Assembly: GCA_007130365.1 (NCBI GenBank) | Contig: SLSR01000233.1 | Location: 1 to 34,965 of the forward strand | Source of the DNA: Lentisphaeria bacterium | GTDB lineage: Bacteria > Verrucomicrobiota > Lentisphaeria > Oligosphaerales > PUNB01 | Direction of reading: 5' to 3' | Length of the DNA stretch: 34,965 nt | Shown: positions 16,529 to 26,538 of the stretch, in pieces | How positions within the stretch are numbered: the stretch's first letter is position 1 | Layout of the letters: the number at the start of each line of letters is the position of its first letter | Notes under the pieces: model-generated | Told to the model about the DNA's origin: nothing | Databases searched by the model: none | What the model saw: the letters and a program-made list of their open reading frames with translations, nothing else | Made by a program: the position numbers and the translations under genes

Positions 16529-17578
16529 TTGAACCCGCAATCCGCCGCCGCTCCGCACATTTTCCTATCCCTCTCCCGCGAGCCGTCCTTCAACCTCGCC
16601 TTCGAAGAATGGCTGCTCCGGGAAGGCAACCCGCAATCGCCGGTTCTCTTCCTCTTCCGCAACAACCCCTCGGTAATTGTCGGGCGCAACCAGAATCCCT
16701 GGCGCGAATGCGCGCTTGCCGCATTGCGCAACCAGGCGGTTCCGGTGCTGCGCCGCTGTTCCGGCGGCGGCGCGGTCTATCACGACCCCGGCAACTGCAA
16801 CTACGCCATGGTCGGCTCCCGGGCCGGCTATCGGCCGCAAGCCCATCTGGAACTGGCCTTGAGCGCCCTGCAAAGACTGGGAGTCGAGGCTCGTCTGAGC
16901 CCGCGCAACGACCTGCTCTTCAACCGCCTTAAAATCGCCGGCTCCGCCTTCGCCCTGACCGGTCGGACCAGCCTGCAGCACGGCACCATGCTGATCGCCA
17001 GCAATCTGTCGCGCCTGCGGGCCGCCCTGCGGCCGGAGCCCAATCTCGCCCGCGCCATTCAAGGTCGCTCCGTCGCCTCGACCGTGTCGTCGGTGGTCAA
17101 CCTTGCCGACCATTATCCCGGATTGACGGCGGAGGCTTTCGAGCACGCCGTCATCGAAGTCTTTCGGGAAGTCTATGCCCAGGCCGCAATCACGGCTGAA
17201 GTCGAACCGAGAAATGCAAATCGACGTTTCCCCGGATGGCGGAAGTATCGCGAAAAATATCGCGACGACAAGTGGATAGTCGGACGCAGCCCCGCCTTCT
17301 CGGTCGACCTGCGCACCGCACACCCGACCGGGGAGATCAACTGGCGGCTGTGCTGCCGCGACGGCCGCCTGGCCCGGGTCGGGATCGACCCCGGCCGCGG
17401 ACTGGTTCCGGACTGGGCCAAGAGGCTGGCTGCCAGCCTGTCCGGCACCCTGTTCTGGCCGGATCATTTGCGGCAGACCCTGGCCGCCGCCCAAGCCGCG
17501 TCATCCCCCGCCGAGGCTCGCGAGATATTCAAGTTGCGCGAGCTTTTGCTTGCCCCGCCAGAATCCCCGACACCATGA
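16529..17578 (+). CDS. lplA: Lipoate-protein ligase A
   Basis: 349 aa with a TTG start. By eye it aligns along its length with E. coli LplA: FNLAFEEWLL, RRCSGGGAVYHDPGN, KIAGSAF, HGTMLI. Confidence 0.9.
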   Translation: MNPQSAAAPHIFLSLSREPSFNLAFEEWLLREGNPQSPVLFLFRNNPSVIVGRNQNPWRECALAALRNQAVPVLRRCSGGGAVYHDPGNCNYAMVGSRAGYRPQAHLELALSALQRLGVEARLSPRNDLLFNRLKIAGSAFALTGRTSLQHGTMLIASNLSRLRAALRPEPNLARAIQGRSVASTVSSVVNLADHYPGLTAEAFEHAVIEVFREVYAQAAITAEVEPRNANRRFPGWRKYREKYRDDKWIVGRSPAFSVDLRTAHPTGEINWRLCCRDGRLARVGIDPGRGLVPDWAKRLAASLSGTLFWPDHLRQTLAAAQAASSPAEAREIFKLRELLLAPPESPTP

Positions 17579-17771
17579 CCGGACGGCCAAGAAGGATACG
17601 CATAATCGGACTGCCTGGTCGCGCGGCGGTGCGCCGCTCCGTTCGCCCTGGGTTGAGGTGCCCCTCCAGGGCACATTTGGATTTGCCGCAAGACCCCAGG
17701 CGTGTGATTAATCCAGGGCGTTTTGGTGCGGGCCCCCAGCCCGCACCCCAGCCCGCCCGCCAGAAAAAGAA

Positions 17772-18728
17772 TCAGCCCAGCCAGGAAAGTGGCAGCAGGA
17801 GCACGGCTGTCAGGGCGAAAAACGACAACAGAGTACTGAGCACGACACTGGAGCCGGCCAGCCCTTCGTCACCCCCCAACTGCTGCGCCATGACATAGCT
17901 GGTGACGGCGGTCGGACAGGCGAGAAAAATCATGGCCATCCGCAACTCGTCGGCAGGCAGGGAGAAGAGGCGGCCAAGCAGCCAGCCGAGAGCGGGCGCG
18001 GCCACCACCTTCAGGACGGAGGCCGCGAAACTCGGGGCGAATCGGCCTCTCAGGCTTTCCCGGGTAAGGGCGGCGCCGATCGCCAGCAGAGCCAGGGGCA
18101 ACGCCATCTGGCCGAGCGGCCGCATGGTGCGCAGGAGAAAACTAGGCAGGCTGATTCCGGCGACGGCCACCGCCAGCCCGAGCAGACAGGCGACAAGCAA
18201 GGGGTTGCCAAGAATTCTGCCGAGCAGAGCCATGGCTCCGGGACGATCTTCTGGATGGTTCGCAGCCTTGGTCAGGACAATGATCGAGACAATATTGTAG
18301 ATCGGCACAAGCGGCGCCAGCACCAGCATGGCGGTAGTTTCGATCTGGCTGGCCGCCGGACTGTCGCCGGCCATCGCGTAGAGAATGACGGGCAGGCCGA
18401 TATAGGCCAGATTGCCGCGCAGAGCGGCCTGCACGAAAGCCCCCCGCCCGCCGCCGTCAAGGCGCAGACGGCGTGCGCAGACATAGGCAAGCGCGACAAC
18501 CAGCGCGGTTGCCGCGAGCAATACCCAGAGAATGCGCAGAGCCGGGCCGCTCTCGATGGTCGAGGTGGCGATGCGCGAGAAGAGAAGAACCGGCAGACCG
18601 ACATAAAAGGCCAGACGATTGAGGCCGGCAAAAAAACCGGGCGGCATAAACTGCGATGTCCGCAAAACAGCGCCAAGCCCGATAATCAGAAAGATCGGCA
18701 GAAGCGAGGAAAGAACGGTGGCGATCAA
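17772..18728 (-). CDS. AEC (auxin efflux carrier) family transporter
   Basis: 318 aa and polytopic. N-terminus MIATVLSSLLPIFLIIGLGAVLR is typical of the family. Starts 14 nt after the topoisomerase A-subunit stop. Confidence 0.8.
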   Translation of the reverse strand: MIATVLSSLLPIFLIIGLGAVLRTSQFMPPGFFAGLNRLAFYVGLPVLLFSRIATSTIESGPALRILWVLLAATALVVALAYVCARRLRLDGGGRGAFVQAALRGNLAYIGLPVILYAMAGDSPAASQIETTAMLVLAPLVPIYNIVSIIVLTKAANHPEDRPGAMALLGRILGNPLLVACLLGLAVAVAGISLPSFLLRTMRPLGQMALPLALLAIGAALTRESLRGRFAPSFAASVLKVVAAPALGWLLGRLFSLPADELRMAMIFLACPTAVTSYVMAQQLGGDEGLAGSSVVLSTLLSFFALTAVLLLPLSWLG

Positions 18729-18742
18729 GTTGCGGCCTCCTG

Positions 18743-21127
18743 CTATTCGAGGAAGAACGGAGTGTCCTCGTCAATCAAAAGGCGGCCGGCCGGCTTGACG
18801 GCGGCCGGATCGGCTTCTGCTTCGGCCGGTCGCCCGGGCGAGTCCTGAGCTGCGGACTCCGCAGACTTTGCCTCGGCGCCGGATCCGGTTCGCGACCCAG
18901 TCCCGGCCTTGGCATTCGCTTCGGCGACCTTGGCCGGTTCTGCCGCCTCCGGGGGTTGCGGACTTTGAGCCGCGGTTTTTCGGGTTTTACGGCGGCTCGG
19001 CGGCGGCGGCGGCTTGCCGGCCTTGCGCGGCTCCCCTTCCGGCCTGGCTTCCGGCGCGTCCGCGGCCTCCGGCTTTTTCGAGCCGTTGTCGAGCGGCGTG
19101 GCAGAGCCGCGCCGAACTTGCGTGAACGAGGCGACCTCCCGGTCGGAAACCTTGAAGCCGCGAGCGGTGGTGGAACGCATTTCCACATACTCGAAATCGA
19201 TTTCCGCCGCCTCGTCTCCGCCCTTGCTCTTGTGCTTGAACTCGCCGCGCAGAACCACCCCGTAGTTGGTATAGATCGCCTCGACCAGGCAACCCTTGGG
19301 AACCGTGCGATACTCGCGCTCCATGATGTACCGGTCGATCCTGAAGCGCTTCGCAAAATGGCGACGAGTCTTGCGGTCGCGATAGACCATTGAATAGACC
19401 TGGTTGCGGTCGGCGACAAAGACGTACTTGACCGCGCCGACATACAGCTTCTCGGGCACCGGCACCACCTTGAACGAACCGTCGCCCTTGAGCAGAACCA
19501 GGCGATCGAATTCGCTGCACAGCAAGGGATCCTCGCTCTTATTGCTGTTGCGGACTTCGGAGCCGACAAAGTGCCCCTGCCGGTCGTGGCCAACCCTGAT
19601 GTTGCGCAGAGCGACTTCGCGGGCGTCGACCTCCTGCAAGTCGGTGATCTCGGTCTGTCGCGGAAATTCTTTGGCGAACTTCTTAAGCACCCCCTTCAAG
19701 TAGGAAACCGCGTACTCCACCAACTGGTCGAGAGCCTGTTTGGCCTGTTCGATGCGAGCCAGAATATCGTTCAGCTCATCGTTGATCTTGTCGAGGTCGA
19801 AGCGTGAAATTCGGCGAATTTGAATTTGCAGAAGCTTTTCAATATCCTGATCGCCGATCTCCCGGCGCAGTTGATCGCGGAAGGGCGCGAGTCCGGCGCG
19901 AACCTCGCCGACCACCGCCTCGTAGCTGGTGCATTCCTCGATTCTCTTATAGATGCGGTTTTCAATGAAGATGCGAATCAGGCTTCTTTCGTGAAACCGG
20001 TCGTGCAGTTTGCCCAGCTCGATTTCCAGTTCCCGCTTCAGGTATGCCAGCAGCCGGTCGGTGGTGTGGCGCAGGACATCGGAGACCCCGACCTGCACCG
20101 GGCGGTTGTCGCGAATGACAATGATTTGAGAGCTGAGGTTGAGTTCGCAGTCGGTATAGGCGAAGAGCTGCTGCCTGGTCTCTTCGGCATGAATGCCGCG
20201 AGGCAGAGTGATTTCGACTTCCACCCGCTCCGCCGTATAGTCGTTGATCGAGGAAATCTTTATCTTGTTTTTGCGCACCGCATCCTCGATCGAGGCGATC
20301 AGCGATTCGGTGGTGGTGGTGTAGGGGATTTCGCGGATGGCCAGGGTCTTGTCGTTGACAATCTCGATGCGGGCCCGCACCTTGACCTTGCCGTAGCCGT
20401 CCTCGTACTCGCTGACATCCATGGTGCCGGCGGTCGGAAAGTCGGGATGCACCTTGACCGACTTGTCTTGCAGAAGGCGGATTTGAGCCTTGAGCAGTTC
20501 GCCGAAATTGTGGGGCAGAATGCGGGTGCGCATACCGACCGCGATCCCCTCGGCACCGAGCATCAGCAAGGCCGGCACCTTGGCCGGCAGCGTGACCGGC
20601 TCCCGATTCCGGCCGTCGTAGGAGTCGATGAACTCGGTGATCTCGGGATTGAACAATACCTCGCGGGCGAGCGGGGTCAGGCGACACTCGATATAGCGGG
20701 CGGCCGAGGCCTGGTCGCCGGTGAAGATATTGCCGAAGTTACCCTGCGGATCAATAAAATACCGCTTGTTGGCCAGCACCACCAGAGCGTCCCCGATCGA
20801 GGCGTCGCCGTGCGGGTGGTACTGCATAGTGTGGCCGATGATGTTGGCCACCTTGTGGTAGCGCCCGTCGTCCTTCTCGTGGAGCGCGTGGAGAATGCGC
20901 CGCTGCACCGGCTTCAGGCCATCGTCGACATGGGGAATGGCCCGCTCCTTGATCGAGTACGAGGCGTACTCGATAAAGTTGCCGCTCATCATGTCCTGCA
21001 GGAAATCGTCCTCGAATCCGACAAACGGAGAGTCGCCGTCGCCTCCCGCTTCGCGGTCGAGTTCATCTGTGGAGGAATCGTTGTCGACGGCTTCCGCCGC
21101 CGGCTGGTTGTTTGGTTCCTGGCTCAT
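18743..21127 (-). CDS. parC: Type IIA topoisomerase subunit A (topo IV ParC-like) with a reduced CTD and a low-complexity C-terminal tail
   Basis: DGLKPVQRRILHAL, and the catalytic Tyr context AARYIECRLT. The start is ATG 21127 (MSQEPNN...) or the track's GTG 21136. The last ~124 aa are Pro/Ala/Glu/Lys-rich and end IDEDTPFFLE. Confidence 0.85.
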   Translation of the reverse strand: MSQEPNNQPAAEAVDNDSSTDELDREAGGDGDSPFVGFEDDFLQDMMSGNFIEYASYSIKERAIPHVDDGLKPVQRRILHALHEKDDGRYHKVANIIGHTMQYHPHGDASIGDALVVLANKRYFIDPQGNFGNIFTGDQASAARYIECRLTPLAREVLFNPEITEFIDSYDGRNREPVTLPAKVPALLMLGAEGIAVGMRTRILPHNFGELLKAQIRLLQDKSVKVHPDFPTAGTMDVSEYEDGYGKVKVRARIEIVNDKTLAIREIPYTTTTESLIASIEDAVRKNKIKISSINDYTAERVEVEITLPRGIHAEETRQQLFAYTDCELNLSSQIIVIRDNRPVQVGVSDVLRHTTDRLLAYLKRELEIELGKLHDRFHERSLIRIFIENRIYKRIEECTSYEAVVGEVRAGLAPFRDQLRREIGDQDIEKLLQIQIRRISRFDLDKINDELNDILARIEQAKQALDQLVEYAVSYLKGVLKKFAKEFPRQTEITDLQEVDAREVALRNIRVGHDRQGHFVGSEVRNSNKSEDPLLCSEFDRLVLLKGDGSFKVVPVPEKLYVGAVKYVFVADRNQVYSMVYRDRKTRRHFAKRFRIDRYIMEREYRTVPKGCLVEAIYTNYGVVLRGEFKHKSKGGDEAAEIDFEYVEMRSTTARGFKVSDREVASFTQVRRGSATPLDNGSKKPEAADAPEARPEGEPRKAGKPPPPPSRRKTRKTAAQSPQPPEAAEPAKVAEANAKAGTGSRTGSGAEAKSAESAAQDSPGRPAEAEADPAAVKPAGRLLIDEDTPFFLE

Positions 21128-21177
21128 TCGGCACACTATTCCATTTCACAGCCGTTGCTGATTGGTTCGGGCGCATA

Positions 21178-21216
21178 GGCGTCCGAACCGTCCGATCTGC
21201 CTGATCCGTCCGATCG
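21178..21216 (-). repeat. 9-bp tandem array, GATC-phased (minus strand reads GATCGGACG / GATCAGGCA / GATCGGACG / GTTCGGACG)
   Basis: GATC at 21194, 21203 and 21212 (spacing 9, 9). The array lies 51 bp upstream of ATG 21127, in the gap between the topoisomerase B and A subunit genes. Confidence 0.8.
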
Positions 21217-21283
21217 ACCAAGCTCGCGACAGGCTCCCGGGCTGGTCGCTCCGCCAAGGCTTTTCAGGCCGGTCTCCGCCTGC

Positions 21284-23089
21284 TCACACCAGCCTCTCCA
21301 TGATGTAGTCCCTTCGTTCCGGAGTGTTGCGCCCCATGAAAAAGTTCAGCAGAACCGGCACATGGTGCATGTTGTCGACCGTCACCGGCTTGAGCCGAAT
21401 ATCCGCTCCGACAAACTGACCGAATTCACTGGGTGAAATTTCGCCCAGCCCCTTGAACCGGGTGACCTCGCAATTCTTGCCCAAATGCCGGGTGGCATGA
21501 TCGCGCTCTCCGAGATCGTAGCAATAGACGGTCTCCTTCTTGTTGCGCACGCGGAACAATGGAGTCTCCAGAATATAGACGTGCTCGCTAAGCACCAACT
21601 GCTCGAAAAAAGTGAGGAAAAAGGTGATCAGCAGATTGCGGATGTGCAGTCCGTCGACATCGGCGTCGGTGGCCAGAACGATCTTCTCGTAGCGCAGGTT
21701 CTCCATTCCCTCCTCGATCCCGAGCGCCCGCATGACAAAGTACAGCTCCTCGTTCTTGTATACCGTCTCCTGGCGGTGTCCGAAGCAGTTCAGAGGTTTG
21801 CCCTTGAGGCAGAAGATGGCCTGAGTGTCGACATCGCGGCAACTGATCATCGAACCGGCCGCCGACTGACCCTCGGTCAGAAAGAGCATCGAGTTGGCGC
21901 CCTTTTCGCTGCCGTCGTTCAAATGGTATTTGCAGTCTCGCAGCTTGGGAATCTTGAGCATCCCCTTGCGCGCCTTTTCCCGGGCCTGCTTCTGAACATT
22001 CTGAATTTCCCGGCGCATCTTCTCGTTGCGCTGAACCTTGTCCAGGAGAACATCGGCAATCTCCCGATGCTGGTAGAGATAGGTGGCGACCGCCTCCTTG
22101 ACCTTGCCCACGATTTCGCCGCGAATCTCGTTGTTGCCGAGTTTGTTCTTGGTTTGCGACTCGAACACCGGCTCCTGCAGCTTGATCGCGATCGCCCCCG
22201 CGATCCCGTTGCGCACATCGTTGCCGTCCAGGTTCTTGCCGACGTATTGATTGACCCCCTTGAGAATCCCCTCGCGAAAGGCCGACTGGTGCGTTCCCCC
22301 ATCCTTGGTGTACTGTCCGTTGACAAAGGAATAGTAGGTCTCGCCGTAGCTCTGGGTGTGGCAGAAGGCGAATTCCAAATGCTGGTTCTTGGAATAGACG
22401 ATCGGATAGACCTTCTCCTGGTCGACCTTTTCCTCAAGCAGGTCGAGCAGGCCATTGCGCGACAGAAACTTCTCGCCGTTCAGCCAAAGCGCGAGACCAC
22501 TGTTCAGACAGGCGTAGTTGCGCAGACGACGGCGAATGTGCTTTTCGTCGAATTGAAAGTCGGGGAAGAATTCGGACGACGGCTGAAATTCCACTTCAGT
22601 GCCGTTCGGCTCCTCCGTCTCACCGTCCAGCTCCCCGACCAGCTCGCCCTCCTGAAATCTGGCCTCTTTGAATCTGCCTTCGCGCACCGACCTGACTCTG
22701 AACTCGCCAGACAGGGCGTTGACCGCCTTGGTCCCGACTCCGTTAAGGCCAACCGAGAACTGGAAGACATCGCTGTTGTATTTCGCCCCGGTATTGATCT
22801 GGGAGACGCAATCGACCACCTTGCCGAGCGGAATGCCGCGGCCGTAGTCGCGCACCCGAAACCGGCCTTCCGGCGCCAGGGTCAGCTCGACCTTGCGGCC
22901 GTGCCCCATGATGAATTCGTCGACACTGTTGTCGATCGTCTCCTTGAGCAGCACATAAATGCCGTCGTCCGGGTTCGAGCCGTCGCCAAGCCGCCCGATA
23001 TACATCCCCGGGCGAGTCCGGATATGCTCCAGCGAACTCAGCGTCTTGATCTTGCTTTCATCGTAAATATGGGAGGCTTGTTGACTCAT
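21284..23089 (-). CDS. parE: Type IIA topoisomerase subunit B (topo IV ParE-like)
   Basis: 601 aa. GHKL ATPase N-terminus (IRTRPGMYIG, ETIDNSVDE). TOPRIM motifs LTEGQSAAGS and DADVDGLHI. Confidence 0.9.
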   Translation of the reverse strand: MSQQASHIYDESKIKTLSSLEHIRTRPGMYIGRLGDGSNPDDGIYVLLKETIDNSVDEFIMGHGRKVELTLAPEGRFRVRDYGRGIPLGKVVDCVSQINTGAKYNSDVFQFSVGLNGVGTKAVNALSGEFRVRSVREGRFKEARFQEGELVGELDGETEEPNGTEVEFQPSSEFFPDFQFDEKHIRRRLRNYACLNSGLALWLNGEKFLSRNGLLDLLEEKVDQEKVYPIVYSKNQHLEFAFCHTQSYGETYYSFVNGQYTKDGGTHQSAFREGILKGVNQYVGKNLDGNDVRNGIAGAIAIKLQEPVFESQTKNKLGNNEIRGEIVGKVKEAVATYLYQHREIADVLLDKVQRNEKMRREIQNVQKQAREKARKGMLKIPKLRDCKYHLNDGSEKGANSMLFLTEGQSAAGSMISCRDVDTQAIFCLKGKPLNCFGHRQETVYKNEELYFVMRALGIEEGMENLRYEKIVLATDADVDGLHIRNLLITFFLTFFEQLVLSEHVYILETPLFRVRNKKETVYCYDLGERDHATRHLGKNCEVTRFKGLGEISPSEFGQFVGADIRLKPVTVDNMHHVPVLLNFFMGRNTPERRDYIMERLV

Positions 23090-23098
23090 TATGGCCGC

Positions 23099-23323
23099 TT
23101 AAAAGTCTTCTTCTTCGTCTTCGTCGTCGATCTCGTCGTCCAGATCCAGCAGCTCGTCCTCCCGCGGATCGTCATCTTCGTCCTCGTCGTCGAAGGAATC
23201 GTTGAGACTGAGCATGGCGGCGCCGGTGATCACGGCTCCGCATTCCGGGCACATGCCGCCTTCGTCGTCCACGTCGCGCACCATCACTCGACACTCGCAA
23301 TACGGACAAAGAATCGTTTCCAT
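23099..23323 (-). CDS. Small zinc-ribbon protein with a hyper-acidic C-terminal tail
   Basis: Internal ATG 23323 of track ORF 23099-23530, preceded by GGGAGAGCGAAAG; the longer form would overlap rho. Sequence: METILCPYCECRVMVRDVDDEGGMCPECGAVITG..., with CxxC, 15 residues, then CxxC. 24 of the last 34 residues are Asp/Glu, ending ...DEDEEEDF. The stop is 9 nt before the B-subunit ATG. Confidence 0.6.
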   Translation of the reverse strand: METILCPYCECRVMVRDVDDEGGMCPECGAVITGAAMLSLNDSFDDEDEDDDPREDELLDLDDEIDDEDEEEDF

Positions 23324-23412
23324 CTTTCGCTCTCCCTGTTGAAATACAATTCTAAAGTTGGGCTGCCGACGATTGGCCGGCGCTCGCACAAGCCGTATTT
23401 TAGAGTCATTTT

Positions 23413-24999
<1,587 letters not shown>

Positions 25000-25001
25000 T
25001 G

Positions 25002-25622
25002 CTAAACTTCTCCATCGTGTCGCTTACTTGTCAATTGCAAAGAAAATTCCGGGCGCGCCATGAATTCCCGACATTGTTCGGAAAGAATTCGGCGCGACCC
25101 CACGTTGACCACGACCAGATCGGCCAGATCGGCCTTGCTCTCGGCCGACCATTGACTGCCCAGCCGACGGTCGATCTCCCCCTTGCTCCAGCCTCGCCTG
25201 CGCAACCTTGAAAGTTGTCTGCGGGAATCGCACCAGACGCAAATGACCGACGCAAAGTCGTCTTGCCAACCCGCCTCGTAGAGCAGCGGCACCGCGCAAA
25301 ACAAGGGTTTTTCCGGAGACTGCCCGGCAACCTCGATCAGGCGTGCCCTGACCGCCGGATGAATCAGTTCGTTCAGCCATTTCAGTTGTTCCGGCTGGCG
25401 GAATACGATACGGGCTACGGCCTGGCGGTCGAGATCTCCTTGTTCGCCGACAATTCCGCTCCCCCAGCGCTCGACCATGCGGCGGATCATTTCCCGATCG
25501 GCTGCGTACAGACTGTGAACCACGGCATCGGCGTCGATCGTGCGCCCGCCCAAATCGCTGATGCATTGCAGCAGTGTACTTTTGCCGACTCCGATCGTCC
25601 CGGTTATTCCAATCAGCTTCAT
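25002..25622 (-). CDS. coaE: Dephospho-CoA kinase
   Basis: 206 aa. [17 protein letters not shown]-loop, with family-typical length and layout. The stop is 2 nt before the rho ATG. Confidence 0.9.
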   Translation of the reverse strand: MKLIGITGTIGVGKSTLLQCISDLGGRTIDADAVVHSLYAADREMIRRMVERWGSGIVGEQGDLDRQAVARIVFRQPEQLKWLNELIHPAVRARLIEVAGQSPEKPLFCAVPLLYEAGWQDDFASVICVWCDSRRQLSRLRRRGWSKGEIDRRLGSQWSAESKADLADLVVVNVGSRRILSEQCREFMARPEFSLQLTSKRHDGEV

Positions 25623-25986
25623 GGCGAGATCCCCACCCCCCTGCTATAATCCCTGGCATTGCGTTCAAAGGCTATCGGAGACCGGCGCAAATTGCTGGCA
25701 AGAGCGACATCGACAGTAGCCATTCCCCCATTTTCGCCTCGCCTTCAGGCGAAACCGACGAATTGTCAATCCAAGGATGAAAAAAAGTGCGATTCGGGAA
25801 GAAAACGCGTTGTTCGCCCCATAAAGGGAGGTCGAACATGAATAAAGCGGTCGATGGCGCAAGTTTGCGAATTTCGCAAGAGTCTTGGTTAACCTGCTTT
25901 AAAATAGCGCGCGATTTACCGCTGTCAAGTCAATCGCAAGGCGGACTGGTTTCAGCCTGATCTATTGCCTGCCCGGGAAAACTGGA

Positions 25987-26063
<77 letters not shown>

Positions 26064-26084
26064 GCAATGGCTCGAAACAGCGAT

Positions 26085-26112
26085 AAAATAACCGCGGCAG
26101 GAAAAATTGCAA
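26085..26112 (-). promoter_or_regulatory. Candidate sigma70-type promoter for tRNA-Val
   Basis: Minus strand reads TTGCAA (26112-26107), a 16-nt spacer, then TATTTT (26090-26085). The -10 lies 22 nt upstream of the mature tRNA 5' end. A 7-bp inverted repeat, CCGCGGC (26092-26098) and GCCGCGG (26116-26122), brackets the spacer and the -35. Confidence 0.35.
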
Positions 26113-26490
26113 TTCGCCGCGGAAAAATTGGCAAAACTCCCGCCTGCCCGCAAATTATTCCTCTTGTCCACTTTCTCCTGCCCTCAATGAAACCGCCAAA
26201 GACAATCCGCAACCTCAGCAGACAGGCAAAACAAAATGACCAACCGTCTTCCGCGGCCGGAATATCCGAGACCGCAGCCAGAAGTTCGACATGAAGAGAA
26301 TCCGCCGAATCTTCTCGCGGCTCCCGGACAATTGGCCGGAAAGCCAGCAGCCCGCCTTTCGCGGAAATCGGTCGTCGCCGCCTGCGCAGCGGGTGTCGCA
26401 GTCGTTGTCGGCGGGGTTCGATTGCGTTTGAATTGCACCGGGGCGCTGCCCCGGAAGCCGCCACCCCAACGGGGTGATCCAACCCCAAAG

Positions 26491-26519
26491 CCTGGGGTCA
26501 AGCGAAGCGCGACCCCAGG
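26491..26519 (-). terminator. Candidate intrinsic terminator of the membrane HExxH-protein gene
   Basis: 9-bp stem CCTGGGGTC/GACCCCAGG with an 11-nt loop, starting 20 nt after stop 26539. On the minus strand it is followed only by the weak T-containing stretch CTTTGGGGTT. Confidence 0.35.
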
Positions 26520-26538
26520 TGCGGCTTGGGCAACCAGG

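Noticed and set aside
26129-26143. Sigma54-like -24/-12 element TGGCAAAACTCCCGC
   Set aside because: The GG and GC dinucleotides are correctly spaced, but the -12 context (CCGC rather than TTGC) is poor, and no gene lies downstream in that orientation.
26325-26350. SRP-RNA-like string GGCCGGAAAGCCAGCAGCC
   Set aside because: It superficially resembles the GGAA-tetraloop region of 4.5S RNA (…GGUCCGGAAGGAAGCAGCC…). The flanking bases cannot form the conserved helix 8 with its symmetric and asymmetric loops; only a 4-bp stem is possible.
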